A stretch of DNA of 64,000 nucleotides from Eledone cirrhosa (Eukaryota). This document shows, piece after piece, positions 14,290 through 28,400 of this stretch. The position numbers and the translations under genes were made by a program. Each line of letters opens with the position of its first letter. Within the stretch, counting starts at the first letter, position 1. The stretch spans positions 23,250,001-23,314,000 of the forward strand of contig OZ024752.1 in assembly GCA_964016885.1 (NCBI GenBank). The letters are read 5' to 3'. The notes under the pieces are model-generated. The model ran no database searches. It saw only the letters and a program-made list of their open reading frames with translations, and was not told the DNA's origin.

Positions 14290-17200
14290 ATTCTATCTGA
14301 GTTCTAACGATTGTCATTCTATCTGACGTTCTAACGACTGTCATTCTATCTGACGTTCAAGCGACTGTCATTCTATTTCACGTTCTAAAGACTGTCATTC
14401 TATCTGAAATTCTAACGACAGTCATTCTATCTGATGTTCTAACAACCGTCATTCTATCTGACGTTCTAATGACTGTCATTCTATATGACATTCTAGCAAC
14501 TGTCATTCTATCTAACGTTCTAACCACTGTCATTCTATCTGATGTTCTAGCGACTGTCATTCCATCTCACGTTCTAACGACTGTAATTCTATCTGCCGTT
14601 CTAATGACTGTCATTTTATCTGACGTTCTAACGACTGTCATTCTATCTGACGTTCTAGCGACTGTCATTCTATCTGAGTTCTAATGACTGTCATTCTATC
14701 TGACGTTCTAACCACTGTCATTCTATTTGACGTCCTAACGACTGTCATTCTATCTGACGTTCTAACGACTGTCATTCTATCTGACGTTCTAGCGATCGTC
14801 ATCCTATCTGACGTTTTAACGACTGTCATTCTATCTGACGTTCTAACGACTGCCATTCTATCTGACGTCCTAGCGACTGTCATTCTATCTAACGTTCTAG
14901 CGACTGTCATTCTATCTGACGTTCTAACGACTGTCATTCTATCTGACGTTCTAACAACTGTCATTCTATCTGACGTTCTAATGACTGTCATTCTATCTGA
15001 CATTCTAGCAACTGTCATTCTATCTAACGTTCTAACAACTGTCATTCTATCTGACGTTCTGGCGACTGTCATTCTATCTGACGTTCTAACGACTGTCATT
15101 CTACCTGACATTCTAGCAACTGTCATTCTATCTAACGTTCTAACAACTGTCATTCTATCTGACGTTCTAGCGACTGTCATTCTATCTGACATTCTAACGA
15201 CTGTCATTCTATCTGATGTTCTAGCGACTGTCATTCTACCTGACGTTCTAGCGACTGTAACTTTATCTGACGTGCTAACGAGTGCCATTCTATCTGACGT
15301 TCTAACAACTGTCATTCTATCTGACGTTCTAACGATTGTCATTCTATCTGACGTTCTAACCACTGTCATTCTATCTGACGTTCTAACGACTGTCATTTTA
15401 TCTGACGTTCTAACGACTGTCATTCTATCTGACGTTCTAACAACTGTCATTTTATCTGATGTTCTAACGACTGTCATTCTATCTGACGTTCAAGCGACTG
15501 TCATTCTATTTCAAGTTATAAAGACTGTCATTCTATCTGACATTCTAGCGATTGTCATTCTATCTGACGTTCTAACAATTGTCATTCTATCTGACGTTCT
15601 AATGACTGTCATTCTATCTGACATTCTATCTAACGTTCTAATGACTGTCATTCTATCTGACGTTCTATCGACTGTCATTCTATCTGACGTTCTAACGACT
15701 GTCATTCTATCTGACGTTCTAACAACTGTCATTCTATCTAACGTTCTAACGACTGTCATTATATCTGACGTTCTAGCGACTGTCATTCTATCTGACATTC
15801 TAACCACTGTCATTCTATCTGACGTTCTAGCAACTGTCATCCTACGTGACCCTCTAGCGACTGTCATTCTATCTGACGTTCTAACCACTATCATTCTATC
15901 TGACGTTCTAGCGACAGTCATTCTATCTGAAGTTCTAACGACTGTCATTTTATCTGACGTGCTAACGATGCCATTCTATCTGACGTTCTAGCGACTGTAA
16001 CATTATCTGACGTGCTAACAACTGCCATTCTACCTGACGTTCTAGCGACTTTCATTCTATGTGATGTTCTAACAACTGTCATTCTATCTGACGTTCTAAC
16101 GATTGTCATTCTATCTGACGTTCTAACCACCGTCATTCTATCTGAGTTCTAACGATTGTCATTCTATCTGACGTTCTAACGACTGTCATTCTATCTGACG
16201 TTCAAGCGACTGTCATTCTATTTCACGTTCTAAAGACTGTCATTCTATCTGAAATTCTAACGACAGTCATTCTATCTGATGTTCTAACAACCGTCATTCT
16301 ATCTGACGTTCTAATGACTGTCATTCTATATGACATTCTAGCAACTGTCATTCTATCTAACGTTCTAACCACTGTCATTCTATCTGATGTTCTAGCGACT
16401 GTCATTCCATCTGACGTTCTAACGACTGTAATTCTATCTGCCGTTCTAACGACTGTCATTTTATCTGACGTTCTAACGACTGTCATTCTATCTGACGTTC
16501 TAGCGACTGTCATTCTATCTGAGTTCTAATGACTGTCATTCTATCTGACGTTCTAACCACTGTCATTCTATTTGACGTCCTAACGACTGTCATTCTATCT
16601 GACGTTCTAACGACTGTCATTCTATCTGACGTTCTAGCGATTGTCATCCTATCTGACGTTTTAACGACTGTCATTCTATCTGACGTTCTAACGACTGCCA
16701 TTCTATCTGACGTCCTAGCGACTGTCATTCTATCTAACGTTCTAGCGACTGTCATTCTATCTGACGTTCTAACGACTGTCATTCTATCTAACGTTCTAAC
16801 AACTGTCATTCTATCTGACGTTCTGGCGACTGTCATTCTATCTGACGTTCTAACGACTGTCATTCTACCTGACATTCTAGCAACTGTCATTCTATCTAAC
16901 GTTCTAACAACTGTCATTCTATCTGACGTTCTAGCGACTGTCATTCTATCTGACATTCTAACGACTGTCATTCTATCTGATGTTCTAGCGACTGTCATTC
17001 TACCTGACGTTCTAGCGACTGTAACTTTATCTGACGTGCTAACGACTGCCATTCTATCTGACGTTCTAACAACTGTCATTCTATCTGACGTTCTAACGAT
17101 TGTCATTCTATCTGACGTTCTAACCACTGTCATTCTATCTGACGTTCTAACGACTGTCATTTTATCTGACGTTCTAACGACTGTCATTCTATCTGACGTT

Positions 17201-17850
17201 CTAACAACTGTCATTCTATCTGATGTTCTAACGACTGTCATTCTATCTGACGTTCAAGCGACTGTCATTCTATTTCAAGTTATAAAGACTGTCATTCTAT
17301 CTGACATTCTAGCGATTGTCATTCTATCTGACGTTCTAACAATTGTCATTCTATCTGACGTTCTAATGACTGTCATTCTATCTGACATTCTATCTAACGT
17401 TCTAATGACTGTCATTCTATCTGACGTTCTATCGACTGTCATTCTATCTAACGTTCTAACGACTGTCATTATATCTGACGTTCTAGCGACTGTCATTCTA
17501 TCTGACATTCTAACCACTGTCATTCTATCTGACGTTCTAGCAACTGTCATCCTACGTGACCCTCTAGCGACTGTCATTCTATCTGACGTTCTAACCACTA
17601 TCATTCTATCTGACGTTCTAGCGACAGTCATTCTATCTGAAGTTCTAACGACTGTCATTTTATCTGACGTGCTAACGATGCCATTCTATCTGACGTTCTA
17701 GCGACTGTAACATTATCTGACGTGCTAACGACTGCCATTCTACCTGACGTTCTAGCGACTTTCATTCTATGTGATGTTCTAACAACTGTCATTCTATCTG
17801 ACGTTCTAACGATTGTCATTCTATCTGACGTTCTAACCACTGTCATTCTA
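14290..17850 (+). repeat. About 1.85/1.71 kb duplication nested under domain C
   Basis: TCTGAGTTCTAACGATTG at 14296/16141 and ORF starts 14684/16529 (offset 1845). The ORF ends 15991/17701 are offset 1710, so 5 monomers (135 bp) fewer. Confidence 0.85.
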
Positions 17851-20800
17851 TCTGAGTTCTAATGACTGTCATTCTATCTGACGTCCTAGCGACTGTCATT
17901 CTATCTGACGTTCTACCCAATGTCATTCTATCTGACGTTCTAGCGATCGTCATTTTCTCTGACGTTCTAGTGACTGTCATTCTATCTGACGTTCTAACGA
18001 CTGTCATTCTATCTGACGTTCTTACGACTGTCATTCTATCTGATGTTCTAATGACTGTCATTCTATCTGACATTCTAGCAACTGTCATTCTATCTAACGT
18101 TCTAACAACTGTCATTCTATCTGACATTCTAGCGACTGTCATTCTATCTGACGTTCTAACGACTGTCATTCTATCTTACGTTCTAACAACTGTCATTCTA
18201 TCTGACGTTCTAACGACTGTCATTCTATCTGACGTTCTAGCGACTGTCATTCAATCTGACGTTCTAGCGTCTGTCATTCTATCTGACGTTCTAACGACTG
18301 CCATTCTATCTAACGTTCTAACGACTGTCATTATATCTGCCGTTTTAGAGACTGTCATTCTATCTTACGTTCTAACAACTGTCATTCTATCTGACGTTCT
18401 AACGACTGTCATTCTATCTGACGTTCTAGCGACTGTCATTCTATCTTAGTTCTAATGACTGTCATTCTATCTGACGTCCTAGCGACTGTCATCCTATATG
18501 ATTTTCTAACGACTGTCATTCTATCTGACGTTCTAACGACTGTCGTTCTATCTGACGTTCTAGCGATTGTCATCCTATCTGACGTTCTAACGACTGTCAT
18601 TCTATCTGACATTATAGCAACTGTCATTCTATCTAACGTTCTAACAACTGTCATTCTATCTGACGTTCTAACGACTGTCATTCTATCTGACGTTCTAACA
18701 ACTGTCATTCTATCTGACGTTCTAACGACTGTCATTCTATCTGACGTTCTAGCGACTGTCATTCTATCTGACGTTCTAGCGTCTGTCATTCTATCTGACG
18801 TTCTAACAACTGTCATTCTATCTAACGTTCTAACGACTGTCATTATATCTGACGTTCTAACGACTGTCATTCTACCTGACATTCTAGCAACTGTCATTCT
18901 ATCTAACGTTCTAACAACTGTCATTCTATCTGACGTTCTAGCGACTGTCATTCTATCTGACATTCTAACGACTGTCATTCTATCTGATGTTCTAGCGACT
19001 GTCATTCTACCTGACGTTCTAGCGACTGTAACTTTATCTGACGTGCTAACGACTGCCATTCTATCTGACGTTCTAACAACTGTCATTCTATCTGACGTTC
19101 TAACGATTGTCATTCTATCTGACGTTCTAACCACTGTCATTCTATCTGACGTTCTAACGACTGTCATTTTATCTGACGTTCTAACGACTGTCATTCTATC
19201 TGACGTTCTAACAACTGTCATTTTATCTGATGTTCTAACGACTGTCATTCTATCTGACGTTCAAGCGACTGTCATTCTATTTCAAGTTATAAAGACTGTC
19301 ATTCTATCTGACATTCTAGCGATTGTCATTCTATCTGACGTTCTAACAATTGTCATTCTATCTGACGTTCTAATGACTGTCATTCTATCTGACATTCTAT
19401 CTAACGTTCTAATGACTGTCATTCTATCTGACGTTCTATCGACTGTCATTCTATCTGACGTTCTAACGACTGTCATTCTATCTGACGTTCTAACAACTGT
19501 CATTCTATCTAACGTTCTAACGACTGTCATTATATCTGACGTTCTAGCGACTGTCATTCTATCTGACATTCTAACCACTGTCATTCTATCTGACGTTCTA
19601 GCAACTGTCATCCTACGTGACCCTCTAGCGACTGTCATTCTATCTGACGTTCTAACCACTATCATTCTATCTGACGTTCTAGCGACAGTCATTCTATCTG
19701 AAGTTCTAACGACTGTCATTTTATCTGACGTGCTAACGATGCCATTCTATCTGACGTTCTAGCGACTGTAACATTATCTGACGTGCTAACGACTGCCATT
19801 CTACCTGACGTTCTAGCGACTTTCATTCTATGTGATGTTCTAACAACTGTCATTCTATCTGACGTTCTAACGATTGTCATTCTATCTGACGTTCTAACCA
19901 CCGTCATTCTATCTGAGTTCTAACGATTGTCATTCTATCTGACGTTCTAACGACTGTCATTCTATCTGACGTTCAAGCGACTGTCATTCTATTTCACGTT
20001 CTAAAGACTGTCATTCTATCTGAAATTCTAACGACAGTCATTCTATCTGATGTTCTAACAACCGTCATTCTATCTGACGTTCTAATGACTGTCATTCTAT
20101 ATGACATTCTAGCAACTGTCATTCTATCTAACGTTCTAACCACTGTCATTCTATCTGATGTTCTAGCGACTGTCATTCCATCTGACGTTCTAACGACTGT
20201 AATTCTATCTGCCGTTCTAACGACTGTCATTTTATCTGACGTTCTAACGACTGTCATTCTATCTGACGTTCTAGCGACTGTCATTCTATCTGAGTTCTAA
20301 TGACTGTCATTCTATCTGACGTTCTAACCACTGTCATTCTATTTGACGTCCTAACGACTGTCATTCTATCTGACGTTCTAACGACTGTCATTCTATCTGA
20401 CGTTCTAGCGATTGTCATCCTATCTGACGTTTTAACGACTGTCATTCTATCTGACGTTCTAACGACTGCCATTCTATCTGACGTCCTAGCGACTGTCATT
20501 CTATCTAACGTTCTAGCGACTGTCATTCTATCTGACGTTCTAACGACTGTCATTCTATCTAACGTTCTAACAACTGTCATTCTATCTGACGTTCTGGCGA
20601 CTGTCATTCTATCTGACGTTCTAACGACTGTCATTCTACCTGACATTCTAGCAACTGTCATTCTATCTAACGTTCTAACAACTGTCATTCTATCTGACGT
20701 TCTAGCGACTGTCATTCTATCTGACATTCTAACGACTGTCATTCTATCTGATGTTCTAGCGACTGTCATTCTACCTGACGTTCTAGCGACTGTAACTTTA

Positions 20801-22630
20801 TCTGACGTGCTAACGACTGCCATTCTATCTGACGCTCTAACAACTGTCATTCTATCTGACGTTCTAACGATTGTCATTCTATCTGACGTTCTAACCACTG
20901 TCATTCTATCTGACGTTCTAACGACTGTCATTTTATCTGACGTTCTAACGACTGTCATTCTATCTGACGTTCTAACAACTGTCATTCTATCTGATGTTCT
21001 AACGACTGTCATTCTATCTGACGTTCAAGCGACTGTCATTCTATTTCAAGTTATAAAGACTGTCATTCTATCTGACATTCTAGCGATTGTCATTCTATCT
21101 GACGTTCTAACAATTGTCATTCTATCTGACGTTCTAATGACTGTCATTCTATCTGACATTCTATCTAACGTTCTAATGACTGTCATTCTATCTGACGTTC
21201 TATCGACTGTCATTCTATCTAACGTTCTAACGACTGTCATTATATCTGACGTTCTAGCGACTGTCATTCTATCTGACATTCTAACCACTGTCATTCTATC
21301 TGACGTTCTAGCAACTGTCATCCTACGTGACCCTCTAGCGACTGTCATTCTATCTGACGTTCTAACCACTATCATTCTATCTGACGTTCTAGCGACAGTC
21401 ATTCTATCTGAAGTTCTAACGACTGTCATTTTATCTGACGTGCTAACGATGCCATTCTATCTGACGTTCTAGCGACTGTAACATTATCTGACGTGCTAAC
21501 GACTGCCATTCTACCTGACGTTCTAGCGACTTTCATTCTATGTGATGTTCTAACAACTGTCATTCTATCTGACGTTCTAACGATTGTCATTCTATCTGAC
21601 GTTCTAACCACTGTCATTCTATCTGAGTTCTAATGACTGTCATTCTATCTGACGTCCTAGCGACTGTCATTCTATCTGACGTTCTACCCAATGTCATTCT
21701 ATCTGACGTTCTAGCGATCGTCATTTTCTCTGACGTTCTAGTGACTGTCATTCTATCTGACGTTCTAACGACTGTCATTCTATCTGACGTTCTTACGACT
21801 GTCATTCTATCTGATGTTCTAATGACTGTCATTCTATCTGACATTCTAGCAACTGTCATTCTATCTAACGTTCTAACAACTGTCATTCTATCTGACATTC
21901 TAGCGACTGTCATTCTATCTGACGTTCTAACGACTGTCATTCTATCTGACGTTCTAACAACTGTCATTCTATCTGACGTTCTAACGACTGTCATTCTATC
22001 TGACGTTCTAGCGACTGTCATTCAATCTGACGTTCTAGCGTCTGTCATTCTATCTGACGTTCTAACAACTGCCATTCTATCTAACGTTCTAACGACTGTC
22101 ATTATATCTGCCGTTTTAGAGACTGTCATTCTATCTTACGTTCTAACAACTGTCATTCTATCTGATGTTCTAACGACTGTCATTCTATCTGACGTTCTAG
22201 CGACTGTCATTCTATCTTAGTTCTAATGACTGTCATTCTATCTGACGTCCTAGCGACTGTCATCCTATATGATTTTCTAACGACTGTCATTCTATCTGAC
22301 GTTCTAACGACTGTCGTTCTATCTGACGTTCTAGCGATTGTCATCCTATCTGACGTTCTAACGACTGTCATTCTATCTGACATTATAGCAACTGTCATTC
22401 TATCTAACGTTCTAACAACTGTCATTCTATCTGACGTTCTAACGACTGTCATTCTATCTGACGTTCTAACAACTGTCATTCTATCTGACGTTCTAACGAC
22501 TGTCATTCTATCTGACGTTCTAGCGACTGTCATTCTATCTGACGTTCTAGCGTCTGTCATTCTATCTGACGTTCTAACAACTGTCATTCTATCTAACGTT
22601 CTAACGACTGTCATTATATCTGACGTTCTA
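15075..22630 (+). repeat. HOR domain C: near-perfect 3771-bp tandem duplication
   Basis: Constant 3771 offset across ORF pairs 15511/19282, 15945/19716, 16529/20300, 17862/21633 and 18455/22226. Only a handful of point differences were noticed by eye (for example GACGCTCT near 20835 and TTAC near 18177). Confidence 0.95.
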
Positions 22631-23529
22631 GCGACTGTCATTCTATCTGACGTTCTAACGACTGTCATTCTATCTGACGTTCTAACAACTGTCATTCTAT
22701 CTAACGTTCTAACGACTGTCATGATATCTGACGTTCTAGCGACTGTCATTCTATCTGACATTCTAACCACTGTCATTCTATCTGACGTTCTAGCAACTGT
22801 CATCCTACGTGACCCTCTAGCGACTGTCATTCTATCTGACGTTCTAACCACTGTCATTCTATCTGACGTTCTAGCGACAGTCATTCTATCTGAAGTTCTA
22901 ACGACTGTCATTTTATCTGATGTGCTAACGATGCCATTCTATCTGACGTTCTAGCGACTGTAATTTTATCTGACGTGCAAACGACTGCCATTCTACCTGA
23001 TGTTCTAGCGACTTTCATTCTATGTGACGTTCTAACAACTGTCATTCTATCTGACGTTCTAACGATTGTCATTCTATCTGACGTTCTAACCACCGTCATT
23101 CTATCTGAGTTCTAACGACTGTCATTCTATCTGACGTCCTAGCGACTGTCATTCTATCTGACGTTCTAACCAATGTCATTCTATCTGACGTTCTTGCGAT
23201 TGTCATTTTCTCTGACATTCTAATGACTGTCATTCTATCTGACGTTCTAACGACTGTCATTCTATCTGACGTTCAAGCGACTGTCATTCTATTTCACGTT
23301 CTAAAGACTGTCATTCTATCTGAAATTCTAGCGACTGTCATTCTATCTGACGTTCTAACAACCGTCATTCTATCTGACGTTCTAATGACTGTCATTCTAT
23401 ATGACATTCTAGCAACTGTCATTCTATCTAATGTTCTAACCACTGTCATTCTATCTGATGCGCTAGCGACTGTCATTCCATCTGACGTTCTAACGACTGT
23501 AATTCTATCTGCCGTTCTAACGACTGTCA

Positions 23530-24890
23530 TTTTATCTGATGTTCTAACGACTGTCATTCTATCTTACGTTCTAACAACTGTCATTCTATCTGACGTTCTA
23601 ACGACTGTCATTCTATCTGATTTTCTAACGACTGTCATTCTATCTGACGTTCTAGCGACTGTCATTCTATCTGAGTTATAATGACTGTCATTCTATCTGA
23701 CGTTCTAACCACTGTCATTCTATCTGACGTCCTAGCGACTGTCATTCTATCTGACGTTCTAACCACTGTCATTCTATCTGACGTTCTAGCGATTGTCATC
23801 CTATCTGACTTTCTAACGACTGTCATTCTATCTGACGTTCTAACGACTGTCATTCTATCTGACGTTCTAGCGATTGTCATCCTATCTGACGTTCTAACGA
23901 CTGTCATTCTATCTGACGTTCTAACGACTGTCATTCTATCTGACGTCCTAGCGACTGTCATTCTATCTAACCTTCTAGCGACTGTCATTCTATCTGACGT
24001 TCTAACGACTGTCATTCTATCTGACGTTCTAACAACTGTCATTCTATCTGACGTTCTAATGACTGTCATTCTATCTGACATTCTAGCAACTGTCATTCTA
24101 TCTAACGTTCTAACAACTGTCATTCTATCTGACGTTCTAGCGACTGTCATTCTATCTGACGTTCTAACGACTGTCATTCTACCTGACATTCTAGCAACTG
24201 TCATTCTATCTAACGTTCTAACAACTGTCATTCTATCTGACGTTCTAGCGACTGTCATTCTATCTGACATTCTTACGACTGTCATTCTATCTGACGTTCT
24301 AACAACTGTCATTCTATCTGACGTTCTAACCACTGTCATTCTATCTGATGTTCTAACGACTGTCATTCTATCTTACGTTCTAACAACTGTCATTCTATCT
24401 GACGTTCTAACGACTGTCATTCTATCTGATTTTCTAACGACTGTTATTCTATCTGACGTACTAGCGACTGTCATTCTATCTGAGTTCTAATGACTGTCAT
24501 TCTATCTGACGTTCTAACCACTGTCATTCTATCTGACGTCCTAGCGACTGTCATTCTATCTGACGTTCTAACGACTGTCATTCTATCTGACGTTCTAGCG
24601 ATTGTCATCCTATCTGACTTTCTAACGACTGTCATTCTATCTGACGTTCTAACGACTGTCATTCTATCTGACGTTCTAGCGATTGTCATCCTATCTGACG
24701 TTCTAACGACTGTTATTCTATCTGACGTTCTAACGACTGTCATTCTATCTGACGTCCTAGCGTCTGTCATTCTATCTAACCTTCTAGCGACTGTCATTCT
24801 ATCTGACGTTCTAACGACTGTCATTCTATCTGACGTTCTAACAACTGTCATTCTATCTGACGTTCTAATGACTGTCATTCTATCTGACAT
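23530..24890 (+). repeat. About 0.81 kb local duplication
   Basis: ORF starts 23681/24490 (offset 809) with the same order of variant monomers (GACTTT, TAACCTT). Confidence 0.7.
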
Positions 24891-25499
24891 TCTAGTGACT
24901 GTCATTCTATCTGACATTCTAACCACTGTCATTCTATCTGAGTTCTAACGACTGTCATTCTATCTGACGTCCTAGCGACTGTCATTCTATCTGACGTTCT
25001 AACGACAGTCATTCTATCTGACGTTCTAGCGACTGTCATTTTCACTGACGTTCTAGTGACTGTCATTCTATCTGACGTTCTAACGATGGTCATTCTATCT
25101 GACGTTCTAACAACTGTCATTCTATCTGACGTTCTAATGACTGTCATTCTAACTGACATTCTAGCAAATGTCATTCTATCTAACGTTCTAACCACTGTCA
25201 TTCTATCTGATGTTCTAGCGACTGTCATTCTATCTGACGTTCTAACCACTGTCATTCTATCTGAGGTCTAACGACTGCCATTCTATATGACGTCATAGCG
25301 ACTGTCATTCTATCTGACGTTCTAACCACTGTCTTTCTATCTGACGTTCAAGCGACTGTCATTCTATTTCACGGTCTAAAGACTGTCATTCTATCTGATA
25401 TTCTAGCGACTGTCATTCTACCTGACGTTCTAACAACTGTCATTCTATCTGACGTTCTAATGACTGTCATTCTATCTGACATTCTAGCAACTGTCATTC

Positions 25500-28400
25500 T
25501 ATCTGACGTTCTAACCACTGTCATTCTATCTGACGCTCTAGCGATTGTCATCCTATCTGACGTTCTAACGACTGTCATTCTATCTGACGTTCTAACGACT
25601 GTCATTCTATCTGACGTCCTAGCGACTGTCATTCTATCTAACGTTCTAACCACTGTCATTCTATCTGAGTTCTAACGACTGTCATTCTATATGACGTCAT
25701 AGCGACTGTCATTCTATCTGACGTTCTATCCACTGTCTTTCTATCTGACGTTCTAGCGACTGTCATTTTCTCTGACGTTCCAGCGACTGTCATTCTATCT
25801 GACGTTCTAACGACTGTCATTCTATCTGATGTTCTAACAACTGTCATTCTATCTGACATTCTAGCAACTGTCAATCTATCTAACGTTCTAACAACTGTCA
25901 TTCTATCTGACGTACTAGCGACTGTCATTCAATCTGACGTTCTAACGACTGTCATTCTATCTGACGTTCTAATAACTGACATTCTATCTAACGTTCTAAC
26001 GACTGTCATTCTATTTGATGTTCTAGCAACTGTCATTCTACCTGACGTTCTAACGACTGTCATCTTATCTGATGTGCTAACGATGCCATTCAATCTGACG
26101 TTCTAGCGACTTTAACTTTATCTGACGTGCTAACGACTGCCATTCTACCTGACGTTCTTACAACTGTCATTCTATCTGACGTTCTAACGATTGTCATTCT
26201 ATCTGACGTTCTAACCATTGTCATTCTATCTGACGTTCTAGCGACTGTCATTCTATCTGACATTCTAACGACTGTCATTCTATCTGACGTTCTAGCGACA
26301 GTCATTCTACCTGACGTTCTAGGGACTGTCATTCTATCTTAAGTTCTAACGACTGTCATTTTATCTGATGTGCTAACGATGCCATTCTATCTGACGTTCT
26401 AGCGACTGTAACTTTATCGGACGTGCTAACGACTGCCATTCTACCTAACGTTCTAGCGACTGTCATTCTATTTGACGTTCTAACGACTGTCATTCTATCT
26501 GTCGTTCTAACCACTGTCATTCTATCTGACGTTCTAGCGACTGTCATTCTATTTGATGTTCTAACGACTGTCATTCTATCTGCCGTTCTAACGACTGTCG
26601 TTCTATCTAAAGTTCTAACGACTGTCATTTTATCTGATGTGCTAACGATGCCATTCTATCTGACGTTCTAACGACTGTCATTCTATCTGACAATCTAGCA
26701 ACTGTCAATCTATCTAACGTTCTAACAACTGTCATTCTATCTGACATTCTAGCGACTGTTATTCTATCTGACGTTCTAACGACTGTCATTCTATCTGACG
26801 TTCTAACAACTGTCATTCTATCTGACGTTGTAACGACTGTCATTCTATCTGATGTTCTAACGATTGTCATTCTATCTGACATTCTAGCAACTGTCATTCT
26901 ATCTAACGTTCTAAAAACTGTCATTCTATCTGACGTTCTAGCGACTGTCATTCTATCTGACGTTCTAGCGACTGTCATTCTATCTGACGTTCTAGCGACT
27001 GTCATTCTATCTGACGTTCTAGCGACTGTCATTCTATCTGACGTTCTAAGAACTGTCATTCTATCTAACGTTCTAAGGACTGTCATTATATCTGACGTTC
27101 TAGCGACTGTCATTCTATCTGACGTTCTAACGACTGTCATTCTATCTAACGTTCTAACGACTGTCATTATATCTGACGTTCTAGCGACTGTCTTTCTATC
27201 TGACATTCTAACCACTGTCATTCTATCTGACGTTCTAGCAACTGTCATCCTACGTGACCCTCTAGCGACTGTCATTCTATCTGACGTTCTAACCCCTGTC
27301 ATTCTATCTGACGTTCTAGCGACAGTCATTCTATCTGACGTTCTAACAACTGTCATTCTATCTGACGTTCTAACGACTGTCATTCTATCTGACGTTCAAG
27401 CGACTGTCATTCTATTTCACGTTATAAAGACTGTCATTCTATCTGACATTCTAGCGATTGTCATTCTATCTGACGTTCTAACAACTGTCATTCTATCTGA
27501 CGTTCTAATGACTGTCATTCTATCTTACGTTCTAACAATTGTCATTCTATCTGACGTTCTAACGACTGTCATTCTATCTGACGTTCTAACGACTGTCGTT
27601 CTATCTGACGTTCTAGCGATAGTCATCCTATCTGACGTTCTAAAGACTGTCATTCTATCTGACTTTATAGCAACTGTCATTCTATCTGACGTTCTAACGA
27701 CTGTCATTCTATCTGACGTTCTAGCGATTGTCATCCTATCTGACGTTCTAACGACTGTCATTCTATCTGGCGTTCTAATGACTGTCATTCTATATGACAT
27801 TATAGCAACTGTCATTCTATCTAACGTTCTAACCACTGTCATTCTATCTGACGTTCTAGCGATTGTCATCCTATCTGACTTTCTAACGACTGTCATTCTA
27901 TCTGACGTTCTAACGACTGTCATTCTGTCTGACGTTCTAGCGATTGTCATCTTATCTGACGTTCTAACGACTGTCATTCTATCTGACGTACTAATGACTG
28001 TCATTCTATCTGACATTCTATCTGACATTCTAGCAACTGTCATTCTATCTAACGTTCTAAAAACTGTCATTCTATCTGACGTTCTAGCGACTGTCATTCT
28101 ATCTGACGTTCTAGCGACTGTCATTCTATCTGACGTTCTAACGACTGTCATTCTATCTGACGTTCTAACAACTGTCATTCTATCTAACGTTCTAACGACT
28201 GTCATTATATCTGACGTTCTAGCGACTGTCATTCTATCTGACATTCTAACCACTGTCATTCTATCTGACGTTCTAGCAACTGTCATCCTACGTGACCCTC
28301 TAGCGACTGTCATTCTATCTGACGTTCTAACCACTGTCATTCTATCTGACGTTCTAGCGACAGTCATTCTATCTGAAGTTCTAACGACTGTCATTTTATC

